Source: Pelagomonas calceolata (Eukaryota). Taken from it: a DNA stretch of 64,000 bases. The stretch is from positions 1,302,001-1,366,000 of the forward strand of contig CAKKNE010000002.1 of NCBI GenBank assembly GCA_918797485.1, read 5' to 3'. Under the pieces are notes generated by a model. That model was not told the origin of the DNA and ran no database searches. It was given only the letters and a program-made list of their open reading frames with translations. Shown piece after piece: positions 54,130-64,000 of this stretch. Made by a program: the position numbers and the translations under genes. The first letter of the stretch is position 1, and each line of letters begins with the position of its first letter.

Positions 54130-55338
54130 TTAAAGAGTCAACAAACACACCGGCGTCGGGCAGGCCACCTGGTGCTTCTTGGCCAGCGCGCCCGTCTTTT
54201 GGTCGATCGCGAAGGAGAGAATTGTAGAAGAGTCCTGGTTCGCCACGAGCAGTAGATCGGACCCGACCAACGCGATCTCGCGCGGCGTCCGGCCGCCCGT
54301 CGTCACGTGCATCGACGTGAAGGGCGCGCCGTCTTCCGAAAGCGAAATGACACTCACCAGACCGTCCACCCCAATAGCTCTATTGGATGCGTACGCAAAT
54401 TTTCCAGATGGATGCACCACCAATGCAGCACACGTCGACTTGGGCCTGGACGGAGGCGCGTTTACGGAAGACGGCGGGTAGCACTCCCGCGGCAGCGTTC
54501 TAGAGGACGCGAACGGCGTCTTGTCCAGGGGCTTGCCCGTTTGACGACACACGCGGAACGCCAGTAGTCTACAAGACAGCTCCGTGAGCACGTATAACAC
54601 ATCTAGTGAAGGGTGCCAGGCCGCGTGGCGCGGGCCGTCGCCGTCGTCACATTTGCAAGCCACGGCCATAGGTGTCAAAGAAGGCGCGTTCAGGCGCCAG
54701 ACGACGTCGGCCCCCAAATCGGGCACGAGTAGCGTACCATTGGATGAGAGTAGACACATGTGCGCGTGGGCCTTGTCCTGTCGCTCGGGGTCGCCATTCT
54801 TAGGCACCACAAACTTTCCCAGGGCCGACAGCCTTCGTAAAGCGCTCGCGTCCTGTAATAAATCGGCCTCGGACGCGTCCGATTTAAGAGAGCCGTCTCC
54901 CCCCACGTGGAACGCCGCGCAGCTGCCGGCGCCCTCGGCACCTCCACAATAATTCGCGACGTAGACGTGGGTTTCTGTCGCCGCGACGTGGCAGGCCGAA
55001 GAATCTCCGGTCGCTAAACTTTCGCCCAATGGTACAGCCGTGCAGGCGTCCTTGTCTACTCGAATAGCCCGCACGCGCGCGCCCCGTTCCAGATTGCTCT
55101 CATCGACCACGTACAAAACGTCGTCATGTGTAACGGATTTGCAGAGGTACGTCGGGTTCGCGCCGACGACGTCGTTGCCTAACAAGGGCTTGTTGAGGAA
55201 CGTCGCCGCGCCGAACGTGCCCGAGCTTGTGAGTCGGAACGCGTACAGTCCTTTTCCCTTGCCGTCGACGAAGCCCAGGTTTTCAGAATAGGTGCCCACG
55301 ATTAATAGGTGCTCGTCTTCCGTGGCCATGGCTGCCAT
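54130..55338 (-). CDS. 6-phosphogluconolactonase / lactonase beta-propeller (Pgl/YbhE family)
   Basis: 'VGTY', 'NPTYL', 'VANY', 'RQDKAHAH', 'VPDLGAD', 'GPRH', 'YASNR', 'TPR', 'VANQDS'. Confidence 0.9.
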   Translation of the reverse strand: MAAMATEDEHLLIVGTYSENLGFVDGKGKGLYAFRLTSSGTFGAATFLNKPLLGNDVVGANPTYLCKSVTHDDVLYVVDESNLERGARVRAIRVDKDACTAVPLGESLATGDSSACHVAATETHVYVANYCGGAEGAGSCAAFHVGGDGSLKSDASEADLLQDASALRRLSALGKFVVPKNGDPERQDKAHAHMCLLSSNGTLLVPDLGADVVWRLNAPSLTPMAVACKCDDGDGPRHAAWHPSLDVLYVLTELSCRLLAFRVCRQTGKPLDKTPFASSRTLPRECYPPSSVNAPPSRPKSTCAALVVHPSGKFAYASNRAIGVDGLVSVISLSEDGAPFTSMHVTTGGRTPREIALVGSDLLLVANQDSSTILSFAIDQKTGALAKKHQVACPTPVCLLTL

Positions 55339-55535
55339 TTTGAGCTATGCGCGCGTCGACGGCGTGCTGCTCTCCGGTGTCCAGTAAGCAGCGGAGCTCT
55401 GGCGGCCGTGCGCGGGGATTCGTGCAGGAGTGGCGTGCGCAGGCGACTTATACGGTGGCCTGGACGAGCTCTGTGGCCTCGAGAGCTGTATGCGGCTGTG
55501 CACAAAGCGATTTTTGGCTTTGGCCGGCCCTAGCT

Positions 55536-55559
55536 GCTAGCGTCATGTAAGACACTAGC
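55536..55559 (+). promoter_or_regulatory. Bipartite CTAG intergenic motif (consensus-like)
   Basis: GCTAGCGTCATGTAAGACACTAGC between divergent genes. Confidence 0.65.
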
Positions 55560-55709
55560 AAGTACAACACCTGGCGGCGTAGACGCTTGCCAAAGACACC
55601 GCGGGCGTGCGCGCTTGGCCAGTGGCGATCACTGTCGCACGCCTGACGATCGGCCGAAGGCGCAGGGCACGATCAAGGTCGAGACCAACGATCACAATTC
55701 CACAGCATC

Positions 55710-56480
55710 ATGATGGACCTGGAGCCACCTGGAAAGTTACCAGAGGCCGTCCGCCAGGCCGCGCAGGACGGCGATATAGAGACGGTCAACGCTTGGTTGA
55801 GGAGGGAGCCGGACGTTCATGCACAGGATGAGTATGGTCGGCCTCTCATCTATTCGGTCGTGCGCGGTACAATCAATGCACCAAAAGTCGACTTGGCTCG
55901 AAGACTACTGGCTCTCGGCGCCGACGTGCAATCCTGCAATCCCGCTAATGGGGTCACCCTGCTACATGTCGCCTCTTGCGGATCAGGTGAGCAGGCGTCG
56001 GAGATGGTGCGACTGCTTCTGTTGGCTGGAGCCGACGTAAACGCTAGACTTCGCTTCGGCGGGATAACTCCAATGGGTTATTTCCCGGGCTATGCGTATC
56101 GTGACACGGAAAGAGTGCTCGGCCATAACCTGCTGGTCATATGCAAGCTTCTGTTGCGCGCGGGCGCGTCCATAGATGATGTCCATAACAGAACGGATTG
56201 GGAACCAGACACATCGATGGAAGCTGTGTTACAACAAAAAGCGCAACCGGCCGACGACGAACAGTGGCTCGCGGTCAAACGCTTCGTCGCCGACGTCCGC
56301 GCTTCGGGGGGGACCTACCGCTCCTACCTCCACGAGCACCGCAAGCAGGTGCTCGTGCTGCGGTGCCTCGCGACAAAGGGGCGCGCGCAGACGACCGACC
56401 CCGTCATGAATTTCCTCGTGAAGTTGGGGGACAACGGAGTCATCTGGACGGTCCTGAGCTTCTGGCCGCCGCCGCCGTAG
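55710..56480 (+). CDS. Ankyrin repeat protein
   Basis: 'AA..GD...V', 'G.TLLHVA', 'LLL.AGADVNAR'. Confidence 0.85.
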   Translation: MMDLEPPGKLPEAVRQAAQDGDIETVNAWLRREPDVHAQDEYGRPLIYSVVRGTINAPKVDLARRLLALGADVQSCNPANGVTLLHVASCGSGEQASEMVRLLLLAGADVNARLRFGGITPMGYFPGYAYRDTERVLGHNLLVICKLLLRAGASIDDVHNRTDWEPDTSMEAVLQQKAQPADDEQWLAVKRFVADVRASGGTYRSYLHEHRKQVLVLRCLATKGRAQTTDPVMNFLVKLGDNGVIWTVLSFWPPPP

Positions 56481-56533
56481 TCGACGGCCCTATAGCTAGA
56501 CTCATAAAACCAAGTATTAGTACGTACAAATGA

Positions 56534-57561
56534 TCATCGGGAAAAGCGATTGAGGGGCAGCACGGAGTTCGCCGGGTAGCCGAGACGGGCCCTATACGTG
56601 TCCCGCCCGAACGGGTCCGACTTCGAGTAGTCTCTCACAATTTCGCGTTCGTATTCAGGAAACTGCTTGTACAAATCGTCCGCGCGCGCCGTCAGGATCC
56701 GCTCGTTGAAGGGCTTCGCGTCAATCTGTAGACCGTTCGCCCGGATCAACTGCAGCGCCAGCAGCACAAAGGACCACGTGCCAATGATGGGCTCCATCCA
56801 CTGCCACGTCCAGGTGCCCACCTTCCAGACCGTGTCGATTTCACTCATAGGAGGTAATTCTACCCCAACATGTTCGGTAGCGAACCATATCGCCAGGTCC
56901 TTCTGGAACACTCCTAAAGGTATAAGAACGACGCCGAGCGCCCAAGCGCCCGCGATGATCGCTTGGTACGGTAACTTATGTAATGAAGTCCCGCCTTCCA
57001 GATGTAAATTCATCTTCGCGAGCACCGCGTAGGCCTCGACGTACGAGACACCGTCCACCCGCATAATTTCCCGGAGCATGCGTTCCTTCGACGCGCCGTG
57101 GACGCCCAGCGACGCCATGACCGCCAGTGTCTCATTACTAAATTCGCCTGCGCGCGCGGCCGTGGAGTCGTCGCGTCGACGGCGCGGGTGATGCGGGGAC
57201 GCCGCGCCGCGCTGAAGCGCCTTCGTTGGTTCTTCTGGGAGATTCTAGCTGGTGTGGGGTGCTCGTACTCTTCCAAGACGGCCGCGAAGTCCACGGTTTT
57301 TTTGGAGAAGAGCGAAGGGCGGCCGTCGCGCGGGTGGCCTTGCGCCTGGCCGCCGTCGTCGTCGGGGGTGGCCGTGCTCAGGTGCCGCAAAACGCTCTGA
57401 ACGATGCCACTGTCACTGCTGCGGTGTCGCACCAGCCCATGCTGCGGCCGGTGCGCGCCCGCGACGCGTGCCGCGAAAATGCGACCAGACTGGCCCTGCT
57501 GGGAGAGGCTCCGCAGGGCGCCCGGGCGCAGCGCTGCAGCAATCGACCGGGAAAGAAGCAT
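56534..57561 (-). CDS. Hypothetical mitochondrial membrane protein (one intron ending at 57148, donor uncertain)
   Basis: Presequence-like exon, then a 2-TM exon; acceptor GCGCGCAG; CGTCGACGGCG motif in the intron. Confidence 0.6.
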
Positions 57562-57648
57562 GTCTGTTCTCTTTCTGACGATCTCTATGTGCTATACGAT
57601 CACTAGAATTACACCAGTGGCGGCAGAAGAAACGAAAAGCAGGAGCTT

Positions 57649-57671
57649 GCTAGCGTAATGTAAGACACTAG
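57649..57671 (+). promoter_or_regulatory. Bipartite CTAG intergenic motif
   Basis: GCTAGCGTAATGTAAGACACTAG, centred in a 196-bp divergent gap. Confidence 0.65.
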
Positions 57672-57757
57672 AAAGTAAGCAAGCTGCCTAAAAACGACTG
57701 CTTCGCAGCCTCTGGTGCCTTACTTATCGCGAGAACATGCAAAGACGATAGCAAAAC

Positions 57758-59800
57758 ATGTACGGCCAAGGCGGCTTCAGCAATGGGCCGGTCGGCCGCG
57801 GCCGCGGCGCCGCGGTACCGGCATGGATGGCGGACCCGGCCCTGGCGGCGCAGAGGCCGGGCGGCGTATGGGCGCCGGACCCTCGCGACGTGGTCCAGCC
57901 GCCGCCGCCGCCGACGGGCTTTTCAGCACCGCCGCCGACGGGCTTTTCGCCGCCGCCGCTTGAGACCGACGAGGAGATGGCGCGGCGCCTCCAGGCCGAG
58001 TGGTCCGCGCCCGCGGCGCCACCAACCTTTCCGATGGAACCAGTATTCAACGCGCCGCCCGGCACTACGGTAACCGTGCAGCAGCACGCTTCCGCCGAAG
58101 AAGCATACGCCCACGCGCTGGCGCTCGTGAACGCGCACGTGCCGGCGTCGGCGGCGCCCCCTCCGATGCTCGGTGCCGGCCCGCCGTCCCTGAATCGCCA
58201 GCCGCCGCCGCCGACGCTCGGCCAAGGCCCGCCGCCCCTGAGCCGCCAGCCGCCGCCCCCCTCGACCGGCCTGCCGCCCGCGGCGCTCGCCGCGCTGCAA
58301 AAGGCCAAGGCCATCGCCGCGGCCGCGGGCCAGCGGGCGCCATCGGGCGGCTTCTCGGCCGCGCCGGCGGCGGGCGGCTTCTCGGCGGCAAGCGGCTTCT
58401 CGGCGGCCGCGCCAGCGGGAGGCGGCTTCTCGTCGTCGGGCTTCTCGAGCACACAAGGCGCCGCGCCGGCGTCGGGCGCCGTCGCGGAATTATTGGCGAA
58501 GATGGAGGCCCAGCCCACTACGACCGGACCGCTATTACCAATTCTGGCCAAGGACCGCGCGCGCAAAGCCAAAGCACTAGAGAAGAATTTGAAATTTCTG
58601 GAGCGGCTGGACGGCGAGGGCCAAGATTCCGAAGCTCTGTTTGCGGCCGACGACGACGTCGTGACTTATACGGACGTGCCTGGTCGGGCCCAAACGACGG
58701 CCGGCCTGGGCGCCAAGGGTTTCAACCGAGGTGAATCCGTGAAGGTCAACAAGGGCGAGAACCGCTCTGTATATGTGACAGGTCTCGAAGGCGAGTTCGC
58801 CTCGGAAACTCATTTACAACAGCTCTTCGCCCCTCATGGCAAGGTCGTCTCGTGCAAAATTTATAAAGATGAACTGGAACGACCGAAGGGCGACGCTTTA
58901 GTTACGTTCGCGAAGGGGGGCTCGGCCCGACAAGCGGCGGCGAGGGTCCACGGCGCGACGTTAGGTCCTTGTGTCTTGAAGGTCGAGCTCGCGACGTTTC
59001 ATAGCGATGCCGCTTTACGGGGCGGTCCTGTACTCAGACCGGACGAGGAGCACTGGGATTCCGTCGTTGCATCGGCAACAGGGCTACCTAACTCTTTGTC
59101 GCCGGACACGAAACCTGTTGTATTATTACGACACTTGTATGACGTGGCGCAAGTCGCGAGCAAGCCGGGCCGCGTCTTCTTGAATGAGCTGGAGCATGAG
59201 ATCAAAAATGAGTGCTTGAACTATGGTCCCGTCTTCCACGTCGTCGCGCCGTCGACGAAGGACCTCGAAGGTAGTGTCGCGGTTTCTTTTGAGACGGTGA
59301 AAGCCGCGGAGGAGTGCGCTCAAAGCATGGACGGGAGGTGGTTCGATAATGTGCAGATTTTGGTCGAGAGGAGGGGCTGCTGGGAGGACCTCGCGTCCGT
59401 GCAATTGCGGGGGACACAGTCGACAGTAGTACTTTCTTTGGACATCGCGCCGCCGGAGTGCTTCACGGTCATCGTGCACAACGTCTGGACGGCCAACGAG
59501 GCCGAGGCCTGCGGGCCCGCGTTCTTCGACGAGCTCGAGTCAGAGTTTTCCGGCGAGTGCGGAAAATATGGCCCTTTGCGAAGTTGCAAGGCCGTGCCGC
59601 GCGAACCATCCTTAGTGGGGGCCGTCGTCGTCGCTTTCAGTACGGAAGAGGCGCGACAGGCGTGCGAGGGCGACATGGACGGCCGCTGGTTCGACTTTAG
59701 AAGGTTGCGCGTCGAGCGGTACGCGGGGTCGGGCGCGCCGCCGACGCCGCCGCGGGGGGCGTCCCTCGACGACTTTTTCTCGTCGCTGGACGGGTCGTAA
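57758..59800 (+). CDS. RRM + 2x UHM splicing-factor-like protein (TatSF1/CUS2-like)
   Basis: 'SVYVTGL', 'KIYKD....PKGDALVTF', two 'EC..YG....MDGRWFD' UHM domains. Confidence 0.8.
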   Translation: MYGQGGFSNGPVGRGRGAAVPAWMADPALAAQRPGGVWAPDPRDVVQPPPPPTGFSAPPPTGFSPPPLETDEEMARRLQAEWSAPAAPPTFPMEPVFNAPPGTTVTVQQHASAEEAYAHALALVNAHVPASAAPPPMLGAGPPSLNRQPPPPTLGQGPPPLSRQPPPPSTGLPPAALAALQKAKAIAAAAGQRAPSGGFSAAPAAGGFSAASGFSAAAPAGGGFSSSGFSSTQGAAPASGAVAELLAKMEAQPTTTGPLLPILAKDRARKAKALEKNLKFLERLDGEGQDSEALFAADDDVVTYTDVPGRAQTTAGLGAKGFNRGESVKVNKGENRSVYVTGLEGEFASETHLQQLFAPHGKVVSCKIYKDELERPKGDALVTFAKGGSARQAAARVHGATLGPCVLKVELATFHSDAALRGGPVLRPDEEHWDSVVASATGLPNSLSPDTKPVVLLRHLYDVAQVASKPGRVFLNELEHEIKNECLNYGPVFHVVAPSTKDLEGSVAVSFETVKAAEECAQSMDGRWFDNVQILVERRGCWEDLASVQLRGTQSTVVLSLDIAPPECFTVIVHNVWTANEAEACGPAFFDELESEFSGECGKYGPLRSCKAVPREPSLVGAVVVAFSTEEARQACEGDMDGRWFDFRRLRVERYAGSGAPPTPPRGASLDDFFSSLDGS

Positions 59801-59890
59801 TGCTTATTTGGTTATTTAATTTTACACCGCGGGATCTTCGCTACCGGGGAGCACAATCATAGAAACAGGGAGCCGGGCTTCGTCCCGGAC

Positions 59891-61198
59891 TCAGTGCGCC
59901 GCGCGGAACCACGCGCCGAGGGGCATGTCGGGCAGGTTGTCCGTGCGGCACGAGGGTGCACTCGGCGCGGAGGCGCATCGCCGCGGCGTCGCGTCGACGA
60001 ACGCCCGGAGAGCGACGACGGCCGGCGACGGCGGCTCGACCGCCGGCTCCGCCGGCGATGACGGCTCGACTGCCGGCTCCGCGACCGCCGGCTCAGCGTA
60101 GCCGTACGTCGCGTTGACAACAGCCGGCGACGGTGCGGTGCCACGCAGCGCTGGCACACCGTGGCCCACGGCGGCAGCCAGGACGAACAGGGGCAGCGCG
60201 ACAGAGCGCGTCCAAGACTTGCCCGCGGCGGCGGCCGGGGCGGGTTCCTCCACGAGGAGCGGATGGGTGCTCGTCGACGTCGCCGCGTCGAGCTCCGCGA
60301 GGAGCGTCTCCGTCGCCGCCTCGTCGAGCGGCGAGTCCGGCATCTCGTGCACCGCGGGAGAAGGGTGCCCGATCTCCACGAGGAGTCGCGAGGGGCACGA
60401 CTCCTCGCGCAGCTTGGCGGCGGCCGCCTGGCGCGCGAGCGCCGCCGGGCACGGTTCGTCAAGCCGTGCAATGAGCCGGTGCAGTGTGCCCGGCGTGGCG
60501 ACGGCGGCGGCGCGAATAGGCGTCAACTCGGACACCGGCGTGAGCGGCGCCGCGGGGTTAGGTGTCGGTGGGACACTTGTGGAGCGCCGCGACCCGGCCC
60601 ATCCGTCCGCGACGCGCAGCAGGTCGGCGAGCGCCGGCGAGTCCGGCGCGTCAGTGTCTTCGTCAAGCGGCGGTCGCGTCGGCTTTTCCGCTCGCGGCGA
60701 GCGCGCCAACGCGGCCAAGCGCCGGCCTTCCGACTGCGCGGCGTAGAGCGCCACGGACAGAGCGCGGCGCGTGCGTTCTTGTTGCGCGAGCTCGTCGTAG
60801 ATCGGCGTGCCCGCGAGGCCCGCGATCGACGGCTGCTCGGAAGCGTAGTCCGGCGGCAGCGACGACGCGCGGCGGGCGCCCGGCACCGGCGGCGGTGGCT
60901 GCGACGACGTGCGCACCTTCCGCGCGCCACGGGCGCCGAAGTTGCGCGGCGCCGGCACGTGCGGTGCCGGCGCCTCTTGCGCCGCGGGCACGGCGGCGCC
61001 GACGATGCGGGGCTTCGTGTGCTCGCGCGACGGCGTCGCCCCGATGGAGCTCGCGCCGATGACGCGGGCGACCGACGGGTGCACCGCGCGTGGCGGCTTT
61101 TGCGCGCCCGAGGGCGCCGCGACGTTGGGGCTCAGCGCGCCCAGCGGCTTGCGAGCGTGGGCGCGGGCGCGCATCGAGCGCGGGGTGAACTCGGGCAT
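59891..61198 (-). CDS. Low-complexity hypothetical protein with one TM
   Basis: 435-aa Pro/Ala-rich ORF with a D-box-like 'RKPLGALSPN'. Confidence 0.55.
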   Translation of the reverse strand: MPEFTPRSMRARAHARKPLGALSPNVAAPSGAQKPPRAVHPSVARVIGASSIGATPSREHTKPRIVGAAVPAAQEAPAPHVPAPRNFGARGARKVRTSSQPPPPVPGARRASSLPPDYASEQPSIAGLAGTPIYDELAQQERTRRALSVALYAAQSEGRRLAALARSPRAEKPTRPPLDEDTDAPDSPALADLLRVADGWAGSRRSTSVPPTPNPAAPLTPVSELTPIRAAAVATPGTLHRLIARLDEPCPAALARQAAAAKLREESCPSRLLVEIGHPSPAVHEMPDSPLDEAATETLLAELDAATSTSTHPLLVEEPAPAAAAGKSWTRSVALPLFVLAAAVGHGVPALRGTAPSPAVVNATYGYAEPAVAEPAVEPSSPAEPAVEPPSPAVVALRAFVDATPRRCASAPSAPSCRTDNLPDMPLGAWFRAAH

Positions 61199-61460
61199 GG
61201 TTTTCTACCGGCTCGCAGGCGTTTGTGGTTCGCTTACAGTGTTGCAGGCGTTCTTGGGAATTTTTCGGCGACGCGCAGCTTTTTGCGCCGACGGTTTCAG
61301 TGGTGCCAGAACCGGTTTTTTGGCGGCCGTAGGCGAACGCGGTGCGGTTAAAGCTGGCAGCTGCAGAGCCTGATATGTCAGGTGGCTGCTGACGGGCGCT
61401 GGCTGTCACAGGGGACCACTGTGCGCCGTAAAGGAGACCAACAGCTTGCAAAATAATTGT

Positions 61461-61486
61461 GCTAGCGGCATGTTAAAGATACTAGC
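61461..61486 (+). promoter_or_regulatory. Bipartite CTAG intergenic motif
   Basis: GCTAGCGGCATGTTAAAGATACTAGC, ~260 bp upstream of the ATG at 61198. Confidence 0.55.
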
Positions 61487-62902
61487 AAGCTATACAAACG
61501 CGACATGCAGCCGTTTGAGTAGCCTTCCGTTCGCTAATGGTCCGAAGAGATCAATGGGACACGTACTGGGGGCTGAAAAAGGAATTTTTTTAATTCGCGG
61601 TGCGGAGGCGGACGATGCCACAGGCCGGCCGCGCCGGTTTAATCCTGTCAATCCCTGTCAAACAGGTCTCCCTGGGGTCGCCTAAGGTCGGTACTATACA
61701 CGTGCACGCGCCTACACCGCAGACGCCGCCGCTTCAAGCATTTTTGGCCGATTTCTCTCAGCAGACCACTCGGTTTAGCCATCTTTTGGCCATGGTTTGC
61801 TTCCAGAGCTCCCCGAGAGCATTAGGCTGCTGCATCGATGGCGTGTGCGGTGTAGGCGCTTACCCACTACCAGACCTACCCCGAGAGGCCTCCAGGAGCC
61901 GATCTGCCACCGAAAAAAGTGTGCAATTTGGGCCCGATAGCACCCGTTCCCGTCAAAAACGTCAATCACCCGAGGGCCCCCAGTAGTCGCCGTAGCGGCC
62001 TCGTCGGACCCCATACTACCCGAGCGATAGTCAATTACAAGTATATGACATCTACACGCCGAGAAGGGTACTTTGGGCTGCCCACGCTCGTGACGTGAAC
62101 ATCTTGATCTGGACCTCGCTTAAGTCAGTCGGTCATGGAACAAACGATCGCGTTATGGTCCATGGTGATGGTACACGGGCTGATGGTCGCAAGTCCAGTC
62201 ATTAAGTCCATTTAAGCAAGATACTGTGGTCGCGAGACCGATGACCCGCGCCGAGCATCTTTGGGTCTCAGAGCAATGTAGTACACAATCAAGCCGGTTA
62301 TCTGGCCCGTCCCGTAACCAAAGCGCCTGAAATGCAAATTTATTGTACAAACCACCGGTCTGGGCCCTTTCCAGTGCCCCGTCTCCGCACCGTCGTCCGC
62401 GGAGAACGGGCAAGTCGGTCGATTGTGAATAGAAGAACGGCGTTATGATCCATCCGGATAGTGTCGTCGCTGATACTCGCATACCCAGGTGCAGTGCCTT
62501 CCTTTGGGTAAACGCGAGGGCGTGGAGATGCTGATTCGCGCGGCTCTAACGGAGCATCTAAAATAAATAGGTAAGTGTTCAATCGGCCTAGATGGCATCT
62601 ACCGACAACAAACGAAACAAAACGAACATAAACTCGGGAGTTGTCTAGTAGAATTCTTCTCCCGCCCTCCGGGCGCGCGCCGTCGGCTCCGGTTCCGTCG
62701 AATTTGTATGAAAACTGGGCTGGAGTTGGTATGATGTACCAACTGGACGGTAGAAGGCGGCGCCAATCGCTGGTGTATTTTGGCGAGCCGCAAGACCTAG
62801 TGATCTAGCGTATCGACATACTAGGAATCCGTATATATATATACTAGTAGCTATTAGCGATTGATATTAATACAAGTATCCTAGTGGCAGCACGACCGGC
62901 GC

Positions 62903-63907
62903 CTATCGAAAGACCAGGCGCGTCGTGAGAGCGCTGTGGAGGTCGTCGAAGCCGACGTTGTGATGGTCGACATAGTCGTCCTCATAGTCGTCCTCGCCGG
63001 CGTAGTCCTTGAGCCAGCCGGTGAAGGTACAGAGAATCCGACGAACCTCGACGTAGCCCGGACCGACGACCACCGAAGCGTCCGGCGAGTGGGTCCAGGG
63101 TACGCCGTCTCGCGGGAACTCGGCGTCTAAGCCGATTTGCACTTCCGCCGTCACTTCATGGGCATAATCTCGGCCCAGCCGATTGAGCAGGTAGTCGGCC
63201 GTAAGGTCCTTCGGCATAGCGGGGTTGTGACGAATCGTATGCAAGTGAGGTTTGCCGAGCGCGGTTTGCTGCTCGCACATCGCCGGCAGGGACCCGCGGA
63301 GCGAGGGATAGGCCGCGAATTTACCCTTGTGGTCATCCATCCCAAAGGTACTGCCGCACCACATGTCCAACGTGTCAGCTGGCACGAGGGTCGCGACGCG
63401 CCCGTCGCTCTTGCGGATCACGACGTAGCTAACCGACACCGGCGCACGAAACGGAGGAAACGAATTGTCGGTCGACGTGTCTACTCTCGCACGCAGGTTC
63501 TCAAAGATTAAGCCAGCCCGGAGGCCCCCCGTGTCGAGGCTATTATGAGGGCAATTCCGCGTCATCACGTCGCGCGCCTCCCGCGCCACAGAACAGATCG
63601 CGCGCCCGTTCTGCGACAGCTCCAGCTGAATCAGGTGATCGTCGAGATCGAGGAGAGGCCGTGGTGTGGCGCCGCGCAGGGCGGCCGCGTGCTGCCGGTA
63701 GTACTCGCGCGGCCCGCGCCGCAGCACCGCCTGGCGGAGCGCACCGCACGCGGTGGAAGGCCAGCGCGCCTCGCACAGTGCGAGCCATAGATCTGGCGCG
63801 CGCGCCGCAGCCGCCCACGCTTTGCAGAGGGCTGCCCCCCTGGGGATCTCCGCGGCAACGAGGAACGACAGCGCGTGCTTTGTTATGTCGGCAGGGAGGC
63901 TGGCCAT
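62903..63907 (-). CDS. F-box domain protein
   Basis: 'LPADI...LSFL...E....A..CKAW......LW..LC..RWP'. Confidence 0.8.
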   Translation of the reverse strand: MASLPADITKHALSFLVAAEIPRGAALCKAWAAAARAPDLWLALCEARWPSTACGALRQAVLRRGPREYYRQHAAALRGATPRPLLDLDDHLIQLELSQNGRAICSVAREARDVMTRNCPHNSLDTGGLRAGLIFENLRARVDTSTDNSFPPFRAPVSVSYVVIRKSDGRVATLVPADTLDMWCGSTFGMDDHKGKFAAYPSLRGSLPAMCEQQTALGKPHLHTIRHNPAMPKDLTADYLLNRLGRDYAHEVTAEVQIGLDAEFPRDGVPWTHSPDASVVVGPGYVEVRRILCTFTGWLKDYAGEDDYEDDYVDHHNVGFDDLHSALTTRLVFR

Positions 63908-64000
63908 CGCTGGTCGCTGCTGGAAATCTTGCACGTCGATGGCGTAAGCCGGCGTCTGATGCCAACGAATTGCGCCGTCGCACACGACCGCAGGCCCGGG

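Noticed and set aside
50650..55338. AS3MT, hydrolase and lactonase as a detoxification cluster or HGT island
   Set aside because: RPB7 interrupts the group, orientations are mixed, and host-type intergenic motifs are present; there is no evidence beyond proximity.

Overview
GC-rich, gene-dense eukaryotic nuclear DNA, most consistent with a pelagophyte alga (Pelagomonas/Aureococcus-like; inferred from intron style and gene content). About 39 protein-coding genes are visible. Recognisable ones include GSA aminotransferase, ETF-ubiquinone oxidoreductase, cytosolic HSP70, RPB7, arsenite methyltransferase, a PRMT7-like methyltransferase, a 5'-nucleotidase and a 6-phosphogluconolactonase. Three non-coding signals stand out. 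(1) Almost every intron is an introner-type DNA transposon: TIR CTGTGTGGAAATCAA...TTGATTTCCACACAG with an 8-bp target-site duplication. The TSD supplies the GT/GC donor and the TIR supplies the AG acceptor. Copies occur in both orientations and span a full decay series. (2) A ~24-bp bipartite motif, GCTAGCG-N4-7-TAAGACACTAGC, recurs about 21 times, nearly always once per 5'/divergent intergenic region; it is a candidate promoter element. (3) A 441-bp hAT-like MITE (18-bp perfect TIR, perfect 8-bp TSD) carries a copy of that motif. All gene models and product calls were made by eye, without database searches.
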